A stretch of 64,000 bases of DNA from Octopus sinensis. Its lineage: Eukaryota. Below are positions 42,660 to 54,609 of the stretch, one piece after another. Where the stretch lies: the NCBI RefSeq assembly GCF_006345805.1, contig NC_043015.1, forward strand, positions 14,694,001 to 14,758,000, written 5' to 3'. A model generated the notes under the pieces. That model had not been told where the DNA came from. It saw only the letters and a list, made by a program, of their open reading frames with translations, and did not search any database. The translations under genes and the position numbers were made by a program. Numbering within the stretch: position 1 is the stretch's first letter; the number at the start of each line of letters is the position of its first letter.

Positions 42660-43330
42660 GTTAAATGGTTCTGAGTAGTTCCTTTGATCCTTCTAGCTCA
42701 AAGTCTGAAGTCACTAATCACTAACCTTAACTCATTTTCTGGTGAGAATGTAGTCAGTTTGGTTTGTGCCCACCAAATTGATAGGTGATCAGATAACCAG
42801 CTGGTTTCCTGAAGCTAGTCTTGTAGGTCAGGTCATTTGCATCACAGAACTCTAGCAGCCTTGTTCCCTCCTCATTTCTAGCACTGAAGCTGAAACCTTC
42901 TTGCACTCCCTGTAATCCTTTGGAGTGCTACCCAACATGTAACTGAAGTCACCAGCCACAATAATATATCACTGTCATTTGTCATTAAGGTAATCTGTGA
43001 GAGGAGCTTGTAAAATTAGTTCTGTTTATCTGCCAACCCACATTGCAGAGCATAGACAGAGATACATGTAACAGTTAATTTATCTAAGACTTGATAAATT
43101 AACTAATCTCACCTTTATCCTCTCACACACTCTATAGTCTCAATGACTTTATCCACCTATTTCCCTGCCAAAAGTATGTCAATACTACCTACCTAATCAA
43201 GAGCATTTGTACCCATGTTCCTTGCTCATAAGGAATCTAACTGAGGGTCACCTCTCCCTTCTGGCATACAGCTTATATCAGCATGCCTCCTCTCTAGCAT
43301 TTTACTAATCTCGCTGGACCTATTTTTCAT
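42660..43330 (-). pseudogene. RTE LINE AP-endonuclease relic
   Basis: Reverse-strand peptides VAGDF, RNEEGTRLLEFCDANDL, FRKPAGYLITY and TDYILTRK, broken by stops and frameshifts. Confidence 0.8.
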
Positions 43331-43671
43331 TGTGTGGACATTGATTGTAGTGGCTCTGAAGTTGTGGACTTGGAGGGAAGAGTGGGAGAATAGTTGGGGG
43401 TTGAAAAGATTTGCGTGAACAGGCTCTTGTATATGTCAATTTAATTAAGCAATTACTACTCAGTGAATAACAATTTCCTCAATCTTGGTCTAAGACAAGC
43501 ACCTGCAAAGTGAAAGAAGAAGAGGGAACGAAGGGAAGTAGGGAGATTTGACAAGCTGAAGAGAGAAGAGGATAGATAGTAAGAATTTGTATGTAAATAT
43601 GTAACCCTTATATTTACACATTCAGATACATGTGTATATATACATACATTTACATTCATGCACACACATGT

Positions 43672-43709
<38 letters not shown>

Positions 43710-43772
43710 TGTGATGTATGTATGTATGTATGTATATATGTATGTATGTGTGTATATGTATGTACAGGGTTA

Positions 43773-44591
43773 CAGGGTGCAATGGATAAATTGTCACCAT
43801 TTTATATTTTTATTTTTGCACATGCACATTGTTTGTTTCTGATTTTGTTGACTACACAGTATAGTAGGGTCAGTCGGGCACTGTCTGTGAAAAAACAGCA
43901 CCATGATGCAGTTCACTCTGCCAGAAATTTGAAACAACATGCTGTACTGCTTGGCATTCACACTGGAAGCTCCAATATGAACAGATGGTGAATGCACGGA
44001 ACAACCATTGGCTTGCTGTGTCCCCAAAATATGTACTGAGAGTAATAAAAATCAAACATCCACTCAATATCAGGGTGTTTGGAGTGATCACTAGTGATGG
44101 TGATATTATGCCTCCATTCATGTTCTCAAGTGGCCTCAGACTCAACATGGAGGCCAACATCAGGTGGCTGGAGGAGGTAGTGCTGCCCTGGGTCAAGAGG
44201 GTGGCTGCTGGAAGACCTTATGTCTGGCAACAGGATTCTGCACCATGCCACACAAGCAGGAGAACCCAGTCATGGCTGTTAGACAATTTCTGTGACTATA
44301 TCACCCCTAACATCTGGCCACCTAACTCCTCAGACTTTGACCCCCTTGATTATTATGTGTAGGACGCATAGGATTATGGCAGCGTTCACCAACTTAAACA
44401 AGGAGACTGTCCAGAAGAGTTGCAGGATATTCTGAATTCATCTGGAGGTTGTTGTTGAAGCCAATGACAATTTTATTGAATAAATTTTCAAGATATTTTT
44501 ATGTAATTTTGGTAAATATATCTGTTAAAATTGGACGTCAGTGTTATTTTCATTTTTGCATAAATTAGATGACAGTTTATTCACAGCATTC

Positions 44592-44593
<2 letters not shown>
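43773..44593 (+). mobile_element. Internally deleted maT (DD37D) transposon
   Basis: WQQDSAPCHTS...WPPNSSDFDPLDYYV with 37 residues between the 2nd and 3rd Asp; N-terminal HAVLLGIHTGSSN; imperfect TIRs; TA at the left end. Confidence 0.8.
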
Positions 44594-44633
<40 letters not shown>

Positions 44634-44955
44634 CACACACACACACACATGTATATATATATATACACACACACATATATACATACTTACATTTATATTT
44701 ATATATAGGGAGAGAGAGAGAGGACATTATGTATATCTTACTTAAAATGGTTATCATATTGAAAGGCACAGAGCTGTAGTTTTCATCTTGAGAAAGTGCC
44801 TTGTATAAATGTATAGTGATAAAAAGCACAAACATATATCCGTAGCAGACAGAAAGCATTTTATCTTCTACTGATACACATCTGTGCTCTTTAGCACTGT
44901 ATGTCTGTATGAGAAATGTAGCTTTTGATAGTATATCTATGTTATGTAACATAGA

Positions 44956-46503
44956 CACTACTATCCAAAAGTTTAAGACCTACAAAATGGAAATAAGGGA
45001 GAGATTCTGGTGAACTATTTTATTAATGTATAGTTACATTCATTGGATGACATAATTAAGTCAGTAATTAAACAAAACTCTGAAAAATCAGAAAAAAGCT
45101 CAAAATCTTAGACTCATCAAAATATCCGTCCTTGGCCTTGATCACTGCGGGCCTTACTCTGGGCATTCGTTCGAGCAATGAAAGCAAATATTCACTGGTA
45201 ATATTTTGCCATTCCTCTTGTAAGAGTATCCAGAGGGTTTCTGTACTACTTGGTTGTTGCTTTTTGACTCTGCAGTCCAATTCATCTCACTCAATTTTGA
45301 TGGGATTGCAATCAGGGGATTGGGCAGGCCATTCCATTACAGCCAACTTTTTTTCATCCATTTTCTACTGTAAATAGTTTTTGTGTAGCTTAGAAGTGTG
45401 TTATGGATTGTTATCTTGCATCAGCATGAAATTACCACCAATCAGTTGCATCCCAGACGAGATGGCATGACACTGGAGGATACAGTAATACCTGTTTCTT
45501 TACTACCCACAAGGGGCTAAACACAGAAGGAACAAACAAGGACAGACAAACGGATTAAGTCGATTATATCGACCCCAGCGCGTAACTGGTACTTATTTAA
45601 ACGACCCCGAAAGGATGAAAGGCAAAGTCGACCTCGGCGGAATTTGAACTCACAACGTAACGGCAGACGAAATACAGCTACGCATTTCGCCCGGTGTGCT
45701 AACGATTCTGCCAGCTTGCCGCCTTTACAGTAATACCTGTTTTGGTTCAGTATTCCTATTATCCAATGAATGTCCCCAACACTATTGTCTGCAATACACT
45801 TCCAGATCATCACACTTCCCCTTTACAGTTGGAACTATACACTCAGGAATCAGCCATTCACCAATTATTTGCCTTGCATAAACTCTATACTGAGATCCAA
45901 AGAATCATCAGTCCAGAGGACTTGTTTCCATTGATCAACATTCCAAGTTTGGTGTTTTTTTGGCCTGTATGAGTCATGCTTATTCACAGGTCAAAGCAGT
46001 GGTTTTCTGGCAGATCAATGGCCATTTAGCCCATTAGCAATGAATCTTTGCCTCATGATTGTAGGAGATACATTAGCTTTGCTGGCAGTGATTTCATTTG
46101 CTATCAGGCACCTCTTTCGAAGACTGGTGACTCTGATGAACTTATCTTGTGATTTAGAAGTCCCTTTTAGATGACCTGACTGAGCTCTGTCATTATTTTT
46201 TCCTGTTTCATTATATCTTATAATGGCTATATCTATAAAACTATAGCCTTCACTATGTAATGTGACAATACTTTGTCTCTTTTCAGATGATAAATGACTG
46301 GTTTTACCCATATTTAGGTTGATTTTTAGGCATTCCACTAATTTTACTTATTCTTAATAATTGAACCTGAAAGAAACAATAAAACAGTTAATGCAGTCAT
46401 TAAGTGATGTTATCTCAACCGACAGCACATGAGGAATGTAAATAATCAAAATGTATTACAATGTTGCCAAAAAGAGGACGCTAAAATGCTTTTGATAACA
46501 TTG
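44956..46503 (-). mobile_element. Decayed Tc1 (DD34E) transposon carrying a SINE insertion
   Basis: MGKTSHLSSEKRQSIV HTH start at 46311; WKQVLWTDDS; MQDNNP*HTSK; EWPAQSPDCNPI; degenerate TIRs near both ends. Confidence 0.85.
45498..45725 (-). mobile_element. Short tRNA-SINE (family B) with 17-bp TSD, inside the Tc1 element
   Basis: A-box TGGCAGAATCG and B-box GAGTTCAAATTCC; central gaggtcgactttgcctttcatcctttcggggtcg (Meta/MESC-like domain by recall); TSD tacagtaatacctgttt at 45481-97 and 45726-42. Confidence 0.85.
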
Positions 46504-46537
46504 CCAAATAGGCTTGCTGTCAAGAAATATGATTATT

Positions 46538-46903
46538 TACTCTTTACTCTTACTCTCTTACTTGTTTCAGTCATTTGACTGTGGCCATGCTGGAGCACTG
46601 CCTTTAGTCGAGCAAATCAACCTCAGGACTTATTCTTTGTAAGCCCAGTACTTATTCTATCAGTCTCTTTTGCTGAACTGCTAAGTTACGGGCACGTAAA
46701 CACACCAGCATTGGTTGTCAAGCAATGTTGAGGGGGACAAAATCAGACACACAGACACACACATATACACATATATATATACGACTCGCTTCTTTCAGTT
46801 TCTGTCTACCAAATCCACTCACAAGGCTTTGGTCGACCTGAGGATATAGTAGAAGACACTTGCCCAAAGTGCCACGCAGTGGGATTGAACCTGGAACCAT
46901 GTG
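46538..46903 (-). mobile_element. SINE family A, 5'-truncated
   Basis: Body and tail match; a similar truncated copy lies at 22389-22737 (-). Confidence 0.8.
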
Positions 46904-47376
46904 TATATAAAATATGTATAAATAGTGTTATTCCATAAAACCCCAAACTTTATGCAATATGTTATTCCATATTTTTATACCAAAAAATTCTCTAAATCGA
47001 TGACATTGAACTAAAAATTCCACTTTGAAATAAATTTTTGCAGGTGTACCTATCCTGTACCAAAACTGCTTTTGACAATATTAGTAGGCATGGCTGTGTG
47101 TTAAGAAGCTTGCTTCCTAACCACATGGTTCCGGGTTCAGTCCCACTTTGTGGCACCTTGAGCAAATGTCTTCTACTATTGTCTTAAGCCGGCCAAAACT
47201 TTGTGATTGGATTTAGTAGATGGAAACTGAAAGAAGTCCATCATATATTTTTAAAGTTTAGTACTTATTCTTATCAGTCTTTTTTTGCCAAACTGCTAAG
47301 TTACAGGGATGTAAACACGCTAACACCAGTTGTCAAGTTGACAAAAATAGAAACACAGACACACACACACACACAC

Positions 47377-47415
<39 letters not shown>

Positions 47416-47420
<5 letters not shown>

Positions 47421-47635
47421 GTGTGTGTGCATGTGTTTGTCTCCCCATCACTTGACAACTGGTGTTAGTGTGTTTACATCCCTGTAACTTAGTGGTTTGG
47501 CAAAAGACACTGATAAGAATAAGTAGTAAGCTCAAAAAATTATTCTGGGGGTCGAAATATTTGACTAAAACCCTTGAAAGTGGTGCTCCAGCATGACCAC
47601 AGTCAAATGACTGAAACAAATAAAAGAATAAGAGA

Positions 47636-47672
<37 letters not shown>

Positions 47673-47915
47673 CACGTGTGTGTGCATGTGTTTGTCTCCC
47701 CATCACTTGACAACTGGTGTTAGTGTGTTTACATCCCTGTAACTTAGTGGTTTGGCAAAAGACACTGATAAGAATAAGTAGTAAGCTCAAAAAATTATTC
47801 TGGGGGTCGAAATATTTGACTAAAACCCTTGAAAGTGGTGCTCCAGCATGACCACAGTCAAATGACTGAAACAAATAAAAGAATAAGAGAATATATATAA
47901 ATATATATATATAAA
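47416..47915. repeat. 255-bp tandem duplication of a SINE 3' half
   Basis: Apparently identical units starting at 47416 and 47671, with (TA)n junctions. Confidence 0.9.
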
Positions 47916-48029
47916 TGGACGCTTCGTTTTTGTGTTGGTGCCTCACTCTGTCATACGCGACTATGAGGATTTGCATCCCCAACGTAATACTTATAATGTA
48001 ATACATATCCTTGAAGTAGTAATTGTGTT

Positions 48030-48105
48030 CGGCTGAAGAAGGCCATAGACACACATTATGCATTGTTATAAAACCGCCTAATAAAGGCCCAAAACATATG
48101 TACCG
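48030..48105 (+). ncRNA. Hammerhead ribozyme relic (G12 reads A)
   Basis: CGG / CTGAAGA(48033-39) / A-GGCC...GGCC-C / AAAA in place of GAAA (48091-94) / palindromic ACATATGT / A / CCG. Confidence 0.65.
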
Positions 48106-49263
48106 CTGAATCCTTGGCATCATGTTTTTATTTTATTTTGATTAATATAAATATATATATATATATATATCATGGACTCTTCCATTGTTAGACGATATAT
48201 GAAAGTTCGGCGATTTCTTGCTGAACAACCACACAGATGATTTGTTTTTAGTGATCAATAGTTTGTGTACCCATCAGCTCACTCCCTCTATCAAATCAAT
48301 ATTACCTGTACAGGTGGACTGTGTGCCTCATGTCAGATGATGAAATGACTGCAGAGCAATGTGAGATGAAGTACTTTGCTCAAGAACACAATGCAACACT
48401 CGGTCTGGGAATTGAACCTGTGATCTCGCAGTTGTGAGTGCAACACCCTAACCACTAAGCCATATACCTGTTGTATGGTCAGGCCATCAATGACCAAACT
48501 GGTACCCTGACTAAGCTTCCTTGATGAAGAATGTTTCTAGAATCCCAGCAGGGCTAAAAACAAGATCTGTCAAAAAGTATGGAGGAACAAAGTATAAGTT
48601 CAATGACTATCTAGCAAGAGCATGGGCTGTTAGAAATTCAGGGTTGGTGCCTGCATGCTGGAAGACCACTGGTCATGAGGCACCCCTTAACTTTTGTTTA
48701 AGCATTTCTCTAGGAGAAGGTCACTCTAATATGAAACTGAATATCCAGGGAATGGCACTGGACATTTTAGGGATTTTTTGCTTGCACTTGAGATCGTGGT
48801 GCTCCCACATTCTTGAGTTTATGATCCATATTGGTACTGGATGTCTTGCCATGGCTTGTCTTTGAATCATGTCAATAGAATAGAGAGGGTCTGTAAGGTA
48901 TTGTGCAAGGCTTATTGGACCTAAAATTTTAGGTTGCATGGTCACCTGTGAGGCAACTTTCTGATCTCTTGTCACGTTCCATTATAAGCATGGAAACTGC
49001 AAACTTGATCCTGGGTGAAGCTAATCATAGTTGTAGTAACCTTATGCACAAACATTTCTCATATTTTGCATGGGCAATGGTCAGTGATGGTCTTTCTGAG
49101 TCACAAGTGATCAGCCATTGTTATCATAATTATGTATATATTTTTAAAGTTATCTCTATAAAATTTAGAATTCTATAAAATTTAGAATACAAGTCTTGAT
49201 GTTTCATAATCAAATTCATGTATGTAAAAAATTTGATCAGAGATAGAAGAAAAGTAGGTAATG

Positions 49264-49310
49264 GATGTATATGCTTATATCAAGGATTATTGCCCCTTCA
49301 TCAGTACCTC
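49264..49310 (-). ncRNA. Degenerate hammerhead motif (GAAA reads GATA)
   Basis: Reverse complement: GAGGTA / CTGATGA / AGGG...CCTT / GATA / T-AAGC-A-T-A / TACATC; stem I pairs at 5 of 6 positions. Confidence 0.45.
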
Positions 49311-50981
49311 ATGTAATTCGTCAACTACCCACTAAGTTTAGTGGTGTAACATATTATTTCTATCTTCAATTACATTGTTTGCATAGATGCATTTGTTTAC
49401 AAAACATTGCAACTATAGAAAATCTATAGAGATAACCTTAAAAATGAAATTACAGTACTATTAACACATGGTAAGGCATAGTATTCACTTACAAACCTAT
49501 AATATACTGAGCTGTATACGGGGGTTACAAAACAAGATACTGTTTCCTTGCAGCAGTTAAATATATGTATCAGTTACCAGGAGTGTGTTTGATGTGCAGG
49601 TTGGTCTCTACAATTATGTTACACTGCTAAACCTAGTGGGTATTTAAGCAATGTTTTTGTGGTTAGTTGATGGGTTAGATGAGCTACTGATAAAGGGACA
49701 ATAATCCTTGAAATATGCATATACACTCATTAACTACTTTTTCTATCTTCAATTCCAACCCGTGCTAGCACGGAAAACGTACGTTAAACGATGATGATGA
49801 TGATGATTTTTTTACAAAGCATTGAAATTTATAGTACTGGCTCTAAGTTCTAATAGAAAATCTATAGAGATAACCTTTAAAATGAAATTATAGTACTGTT
49901 AACTCGCAGTAAGACACTAGGTTGACTTATAGACTATATTATACTTAGTGGCATATTATGGTTACAGAATGAAATACTGCTGCCTTGCCAGCAATTAAAA
50001 ATATGAGTGTGTGTGTGTGTGTATATATATGTTGTTTAAATCATTAAACATCTTACCACACAACCACCACACATACCCATGCACACATTTAAGTATGGGG
50101 AGCAACAGGAAATACACTTGTACATCACAGCTATATTTGAAGGAAGAAGTGTTGGTAATGAATTACCAGGGAAGCAAACCATGTATATTTCAATAAAATG
50201 GTGACTGGGTGAGAGGGCATTAGAAAGGAATAAAGAATGCAGACCCTTGTGCTGCTTATGAGAAATCTTTAGTGAAATAAACTTATTAAAATTTGGAATT
50301 TGAAATATAATTTTAGCAATACTCTACCTTTATAAACTTTATAAACTAGAACTTAATAAAAATAATTTTAGTAATTTCTTATGAATCTTAGCCAATTTAA
50401 CATATTGCAAAATAATTAATACTGATGATAGACATTTTGTTATTATTAATTAAGAGATACATCTGCGGCACATATGGCATTTCCTTTGGATCTTAAACAA
50501 AGAGAGAGAGAGAGAAAATGTAAGACATTTGGCTTTAGAAATCACATATTAGCGAACGAGGACAGATAGCACAGAACTTGACTTGATTTGATAATTCTCA
50601 AAAGCTTACGTGTGATCAACTGAACTACAAACAGAGGGTTGCTGTTTACTCTTTCAGAAATCTCGAGTGGAATAAACTTGTCACAATTACTTTGACTTTT
50701 TAATATAATTTCTGTGTGTGTGTGTTTATATATATATATATAAATATAAATATAAGATCCAAAGATTGAGATGTAGGATGAAAGTTAGCTTCAAGCAATC
50801 CATAGTAAATATAAAAGAACAACTTCAAGGACAACAATGATTTATTGAGATGGAAGGTTATGAACTTTCTTCTTATTGAAGTATGATAAACTGAAAGAAG
50901 TTCTTTATATTTTACAGTATTCAACTAGGTTTGCTAAGTATGTGAATAAGAATACAAGAATTAAAGAATGAAGTAGATAAG

Positions 50982-51076
50982 ATCCGGGCTGCATATGTTT
51001 CATAGCAAGCGGAACCTCGGAAATGGTAAATATCCAAGCAAGCTGTATACTGCAGGCTATTCTTCAGGCTAAGGAT
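50982..51076 (-). ncRNA. Hammerhead ribozyme relic (U16.1 reads C)
   Basis: Reverse complement: ATCC-TTA-GC / CTGAAGA / ATAGC...GCTAT 5-bp stem II / GAAA / ACATATGC / A / GC-CC-GGAT. Confidence 0.65.
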
Positions 51077-51252
51077 ATCTTGATTAAATAAAAGTTGACA
51101 TTGTTGCCAGGAGGTACATGCTAGCAGATGGAAGATTCAATCAGAATGTGAAGAGAGCACAGTAGGAGTGGAGAACATAAATGTCATGAAAAATTAGGAT
51201 TAGAAGAAAGAAAAAGGAAAAACATAAGCGAGTGAGAAGAAAAGGAATTTAA

Positions 51253-51473
51253 CCCTTTAGTGTTTAAACTAGCCAAATCCGGCCCAATATATTCTACATG
51301 TTTTATATTCAAACTGGCGATGTCTAGCCTCTCACACCTAACCTACAATGCCATTCTAAAAATAAGTAATCACATCATTGAAATCTCAAAGCTGTAAGAT
51401 GATCCAGGATTAATTCAAAACAATTTGAGTGAAAAAGTATTACATTTAACAGAGTAATCTGAACACTAAAGGG
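51253..51473. mobile_element. piggyBac-type MITE
   Basis: TTAA-ccctttagtgtt ... aacactaaaggg-TTAA (12-bp TIR). Confidence 0.75.
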
Positions 51474-51659
51474 TTAAGCAAGGTTATTTGACTGGTAGTA
51501 TTCAATAGGTCTATTTTGGCCGAATTGGCTATTTTGACCGGATTCAGCCAAAATAGCCCTATTTAATACTCCCAATGAAATGACCTTGTTTAAATCAAAT
51601 GACCATGCTGGGGTACCACCATTGCTAACTATCATCTTATAGTTGGCATTTGGTGAATA

Positions 51660-51850
51660 AAGGATTTTAATGTTGCTGACCTCATTTGTGTCTCCTGTCA
51701 CGAGGTGGGTTTATCTGGGACTCTCAACAGGAAGAGATCCAGTTTTGTTTTGAAAACATCTATGTCCACTTTGTGTAGGTGCTCAGGATCTTTGGGAGAA
51801 TATTAAAAAGCTGTGGGCCTTTGAAACCCAGGCTGTTGCAGTAACTGGTG
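51660..51850 (-). pseudogene. CR1/L2/Jockey-like LINE C-terminal fragment
   Basis: YCNSLGFKGPQLFNILPK and VFKTKLDLFLLRVPDKP. Confidence 0.6.
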
Positions 51851-52552
51851 TGTATGTGTATATATACATATATATATTCTTTTATTCCTTTGCTTGTTTC
51901 AGTCATTTGACTGTGGCCATGCTGAAGTACTGCCTTTAAGTCAAGCAAATCAACCCCAGGATTTATTTTTTGTAAGCCTAGTACTTATTCTATTGGCCTG
52001 TTTTGCGAAACTGCTAAGTTATGGGGACGTAAACACACCAGCATCAGTTGTCAAGTGATATTGGTGGTGGTGGGGGGGGGGACACTCTGTAAGACCAACA
52101 TACTCTGGGACCTTCTGTTGGAAATAACATTTTAACGGCTATTTCTAGAATATTCTCTACATTAATTCCTGTGCATTATTACTTCAAATATCTCACTCCG
52201 TTTAAAAGAAAGCTATCATGAGCAAGAATCAATTTTAAATAAAAATGTGTTATTAGTATTATTAATGATGTTAATAAGGTAATAATAAAGTGGCCAGCAA
52301 GTTCACACCATTACCGGCACAATATAAAACAAATTTAGATACAGCAGGGTATATAATACCACTTGCTAAAATCAAGAGCCAAGGCTCAAAAACCACCAAA
52401 AACTCACAATAAAGATACACACAGACAATGCAATGAACATATGAGAAATAGGCTTACCTTTGTGTTGAATACATCAGTAAGTAACGTATAATAAATATTA
52501 TAAACCTTTACAGGTTCGAATTTTCATGGGGTATCTATTTAGTTCTGTCATG

Positions 52553-52589
<37 letters not shown>

Positions 52590-53044
52590 GTAATTGATTA
52601 AGTAACTAGAAGATGGACTTAGTATTAGTTTAATTAGACTAATACCGAATCTATCTTCTGGCTATTTAACCAATTACTATTATCTCAATTAACACTGTGG
52701 ATTTCCTGAAGTAGATCCAATGGTATATACCCCAACTGTGGATGACACCAGGTAGCCCAAATTGTGTAGCCACTAATTGACATAAACTCATTAGTCCAAT
52801 ATATTACATATATATATATATATATGCTGAGGCACAGACTTAAAGGGTTCAGTCAAACAAATCGACCCCAGTACATTTTTTAATATAAAATCTGTTACTT
52901 ATTCTATCAGTCTCTTTTTCTAAACGGATAAGTTATGGTAATGTAAACAAAGCAACACCAGTTCAAGTGGCGGTGGGGCACAAATACAAAGACACACACA
53001 CACGCACGCACGCGCGCACACACACACACACGCACACACACACA

Positions 53045-53084
<40 letters not shown>

Positions 53085-53314
53085 CAGGTTTCTTCCAGAT
53101 TTCATTTCAGTTTCTACTATAACTCTGTACTGGGGTTATAGTACACTTGTCTAAAGTACCACACAGTGAGACTGAACCTAGAAACAAGTGGTTGAGAAAT
53201 TGGGAAACAAACTTCTTACAAAGGCCTACACTCATATGTGGGTGTGTGCATATCTGTGTGCATGTGTTTGTATTATATATAATTATATATGTATATATAC
53301 ACCACACACACATG

Positions 53315-53357
<43 letters not shown>

Positions 53358-53378
53358 CACACACACATGCATACATAC

Positions 53379-53409
<31 letters not shown>

Positions 53410-53465
53410 ATATACACCACACACACATGCATACATACATATATATATATATATATATACATACA

Positions 53466-54146
53466 CACACACAAATACATGTATACATACATAGACGTAT
53501 ATACAAATGTACACACACACTCATATATAAACTATGGAAAGGAATTCCTTCAGAGGGATGTGTGAAACATCCAGTTCACTGGAATGTCAGTTGAATACCA
53601 CATAAATATGGGTATTATGCAAACTACAAACAATAAATTAAATCGAGAGACACGGTTGACAATCCAATAATTTATTTATATTATAATATAAGATAATATA
53701 CTATAATATAAATAAATTATTCGATTGTCAACTGTATCTTTCCATCTAATTTATTGTACATACACTCACACATAAATATCCCCTCCAGTTCATATGTACA
53801 CACACCTGGTCTCTTTCACTTTTTATATATATTTATATATAAATAATAAATTAGATAGAAAGATACAGTTGACAATCGAATAATTTATTTATATATATAA
53901 AGGATTTTAAGTATATTATCTTATATTATAATATAAATAAATTATTGGATTGTCAACCGTGTCTCTCGATTTAATATATTGTTTGTAATTTGCATAATAC
54001 CCATATTTATGTGGTATTCAACTGACATACCAGTGAACTGGATGTTTCACACATCCCTCTGAAGGAATTCTTTTCCATAGTTTATATATGAGTGTGTGTG
54101 TACATTTGTATATATGTCTATGTATGTATACATGTATTTGTGTGTA
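53466..54146. repeat. Large nested inverted repeat
   Basis: Arms ~53466-53755 and ~53845-54146 with a ~90-bp spacer. Confidence 0.9.
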
Positions 54147-54156
54147 TGTATGTATG

Positions 54157-54194
<38 letters not shown>

Positions 54195-54609
54195 GTGTAT
54201 ATGAGTGTGTATACATATAGGTTTATATATGTGTGTGTATGCATATGTATGTATATATGTGTATGTATGAATCTATGTATATGTATGTGTATATATATTT
54301 AATATATATATATAGAGAGAGAGAGAAATGTATATATACTTTTTGTTTATTATATGTAGGGAAGTAAATATGTGAGCTACCATGATCTTCTCATATATGC
54401 ACACACATACATACATACACACACATACACACACACACATACATGTAAACAGAGTTAGCAGTTATAGTAACTGACTAAGGGATAAAATATCCATATAAAC
54501 TATCAGTATCTGTTACCTGTTATATCACGGGGCGATGATGTGCAAGTACGCCATACACATAGAGTGCAGATAACAACAGGATAAACAAGAGTTTATCAGG
54601 AACCAATGC

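Noticed and set aside
47320-48123. 267-aa ORF with an internal repeat
   Set aside because: Reads through the duplicated SINE half and (TA)n tracts
1225-50430. Other CTGATGA/CTGAAGA hits (for example near 1225, 11777, 16570, 22833, 24025, 32275)
   Set aside because: No GAAA with paired stems at a suitable distance
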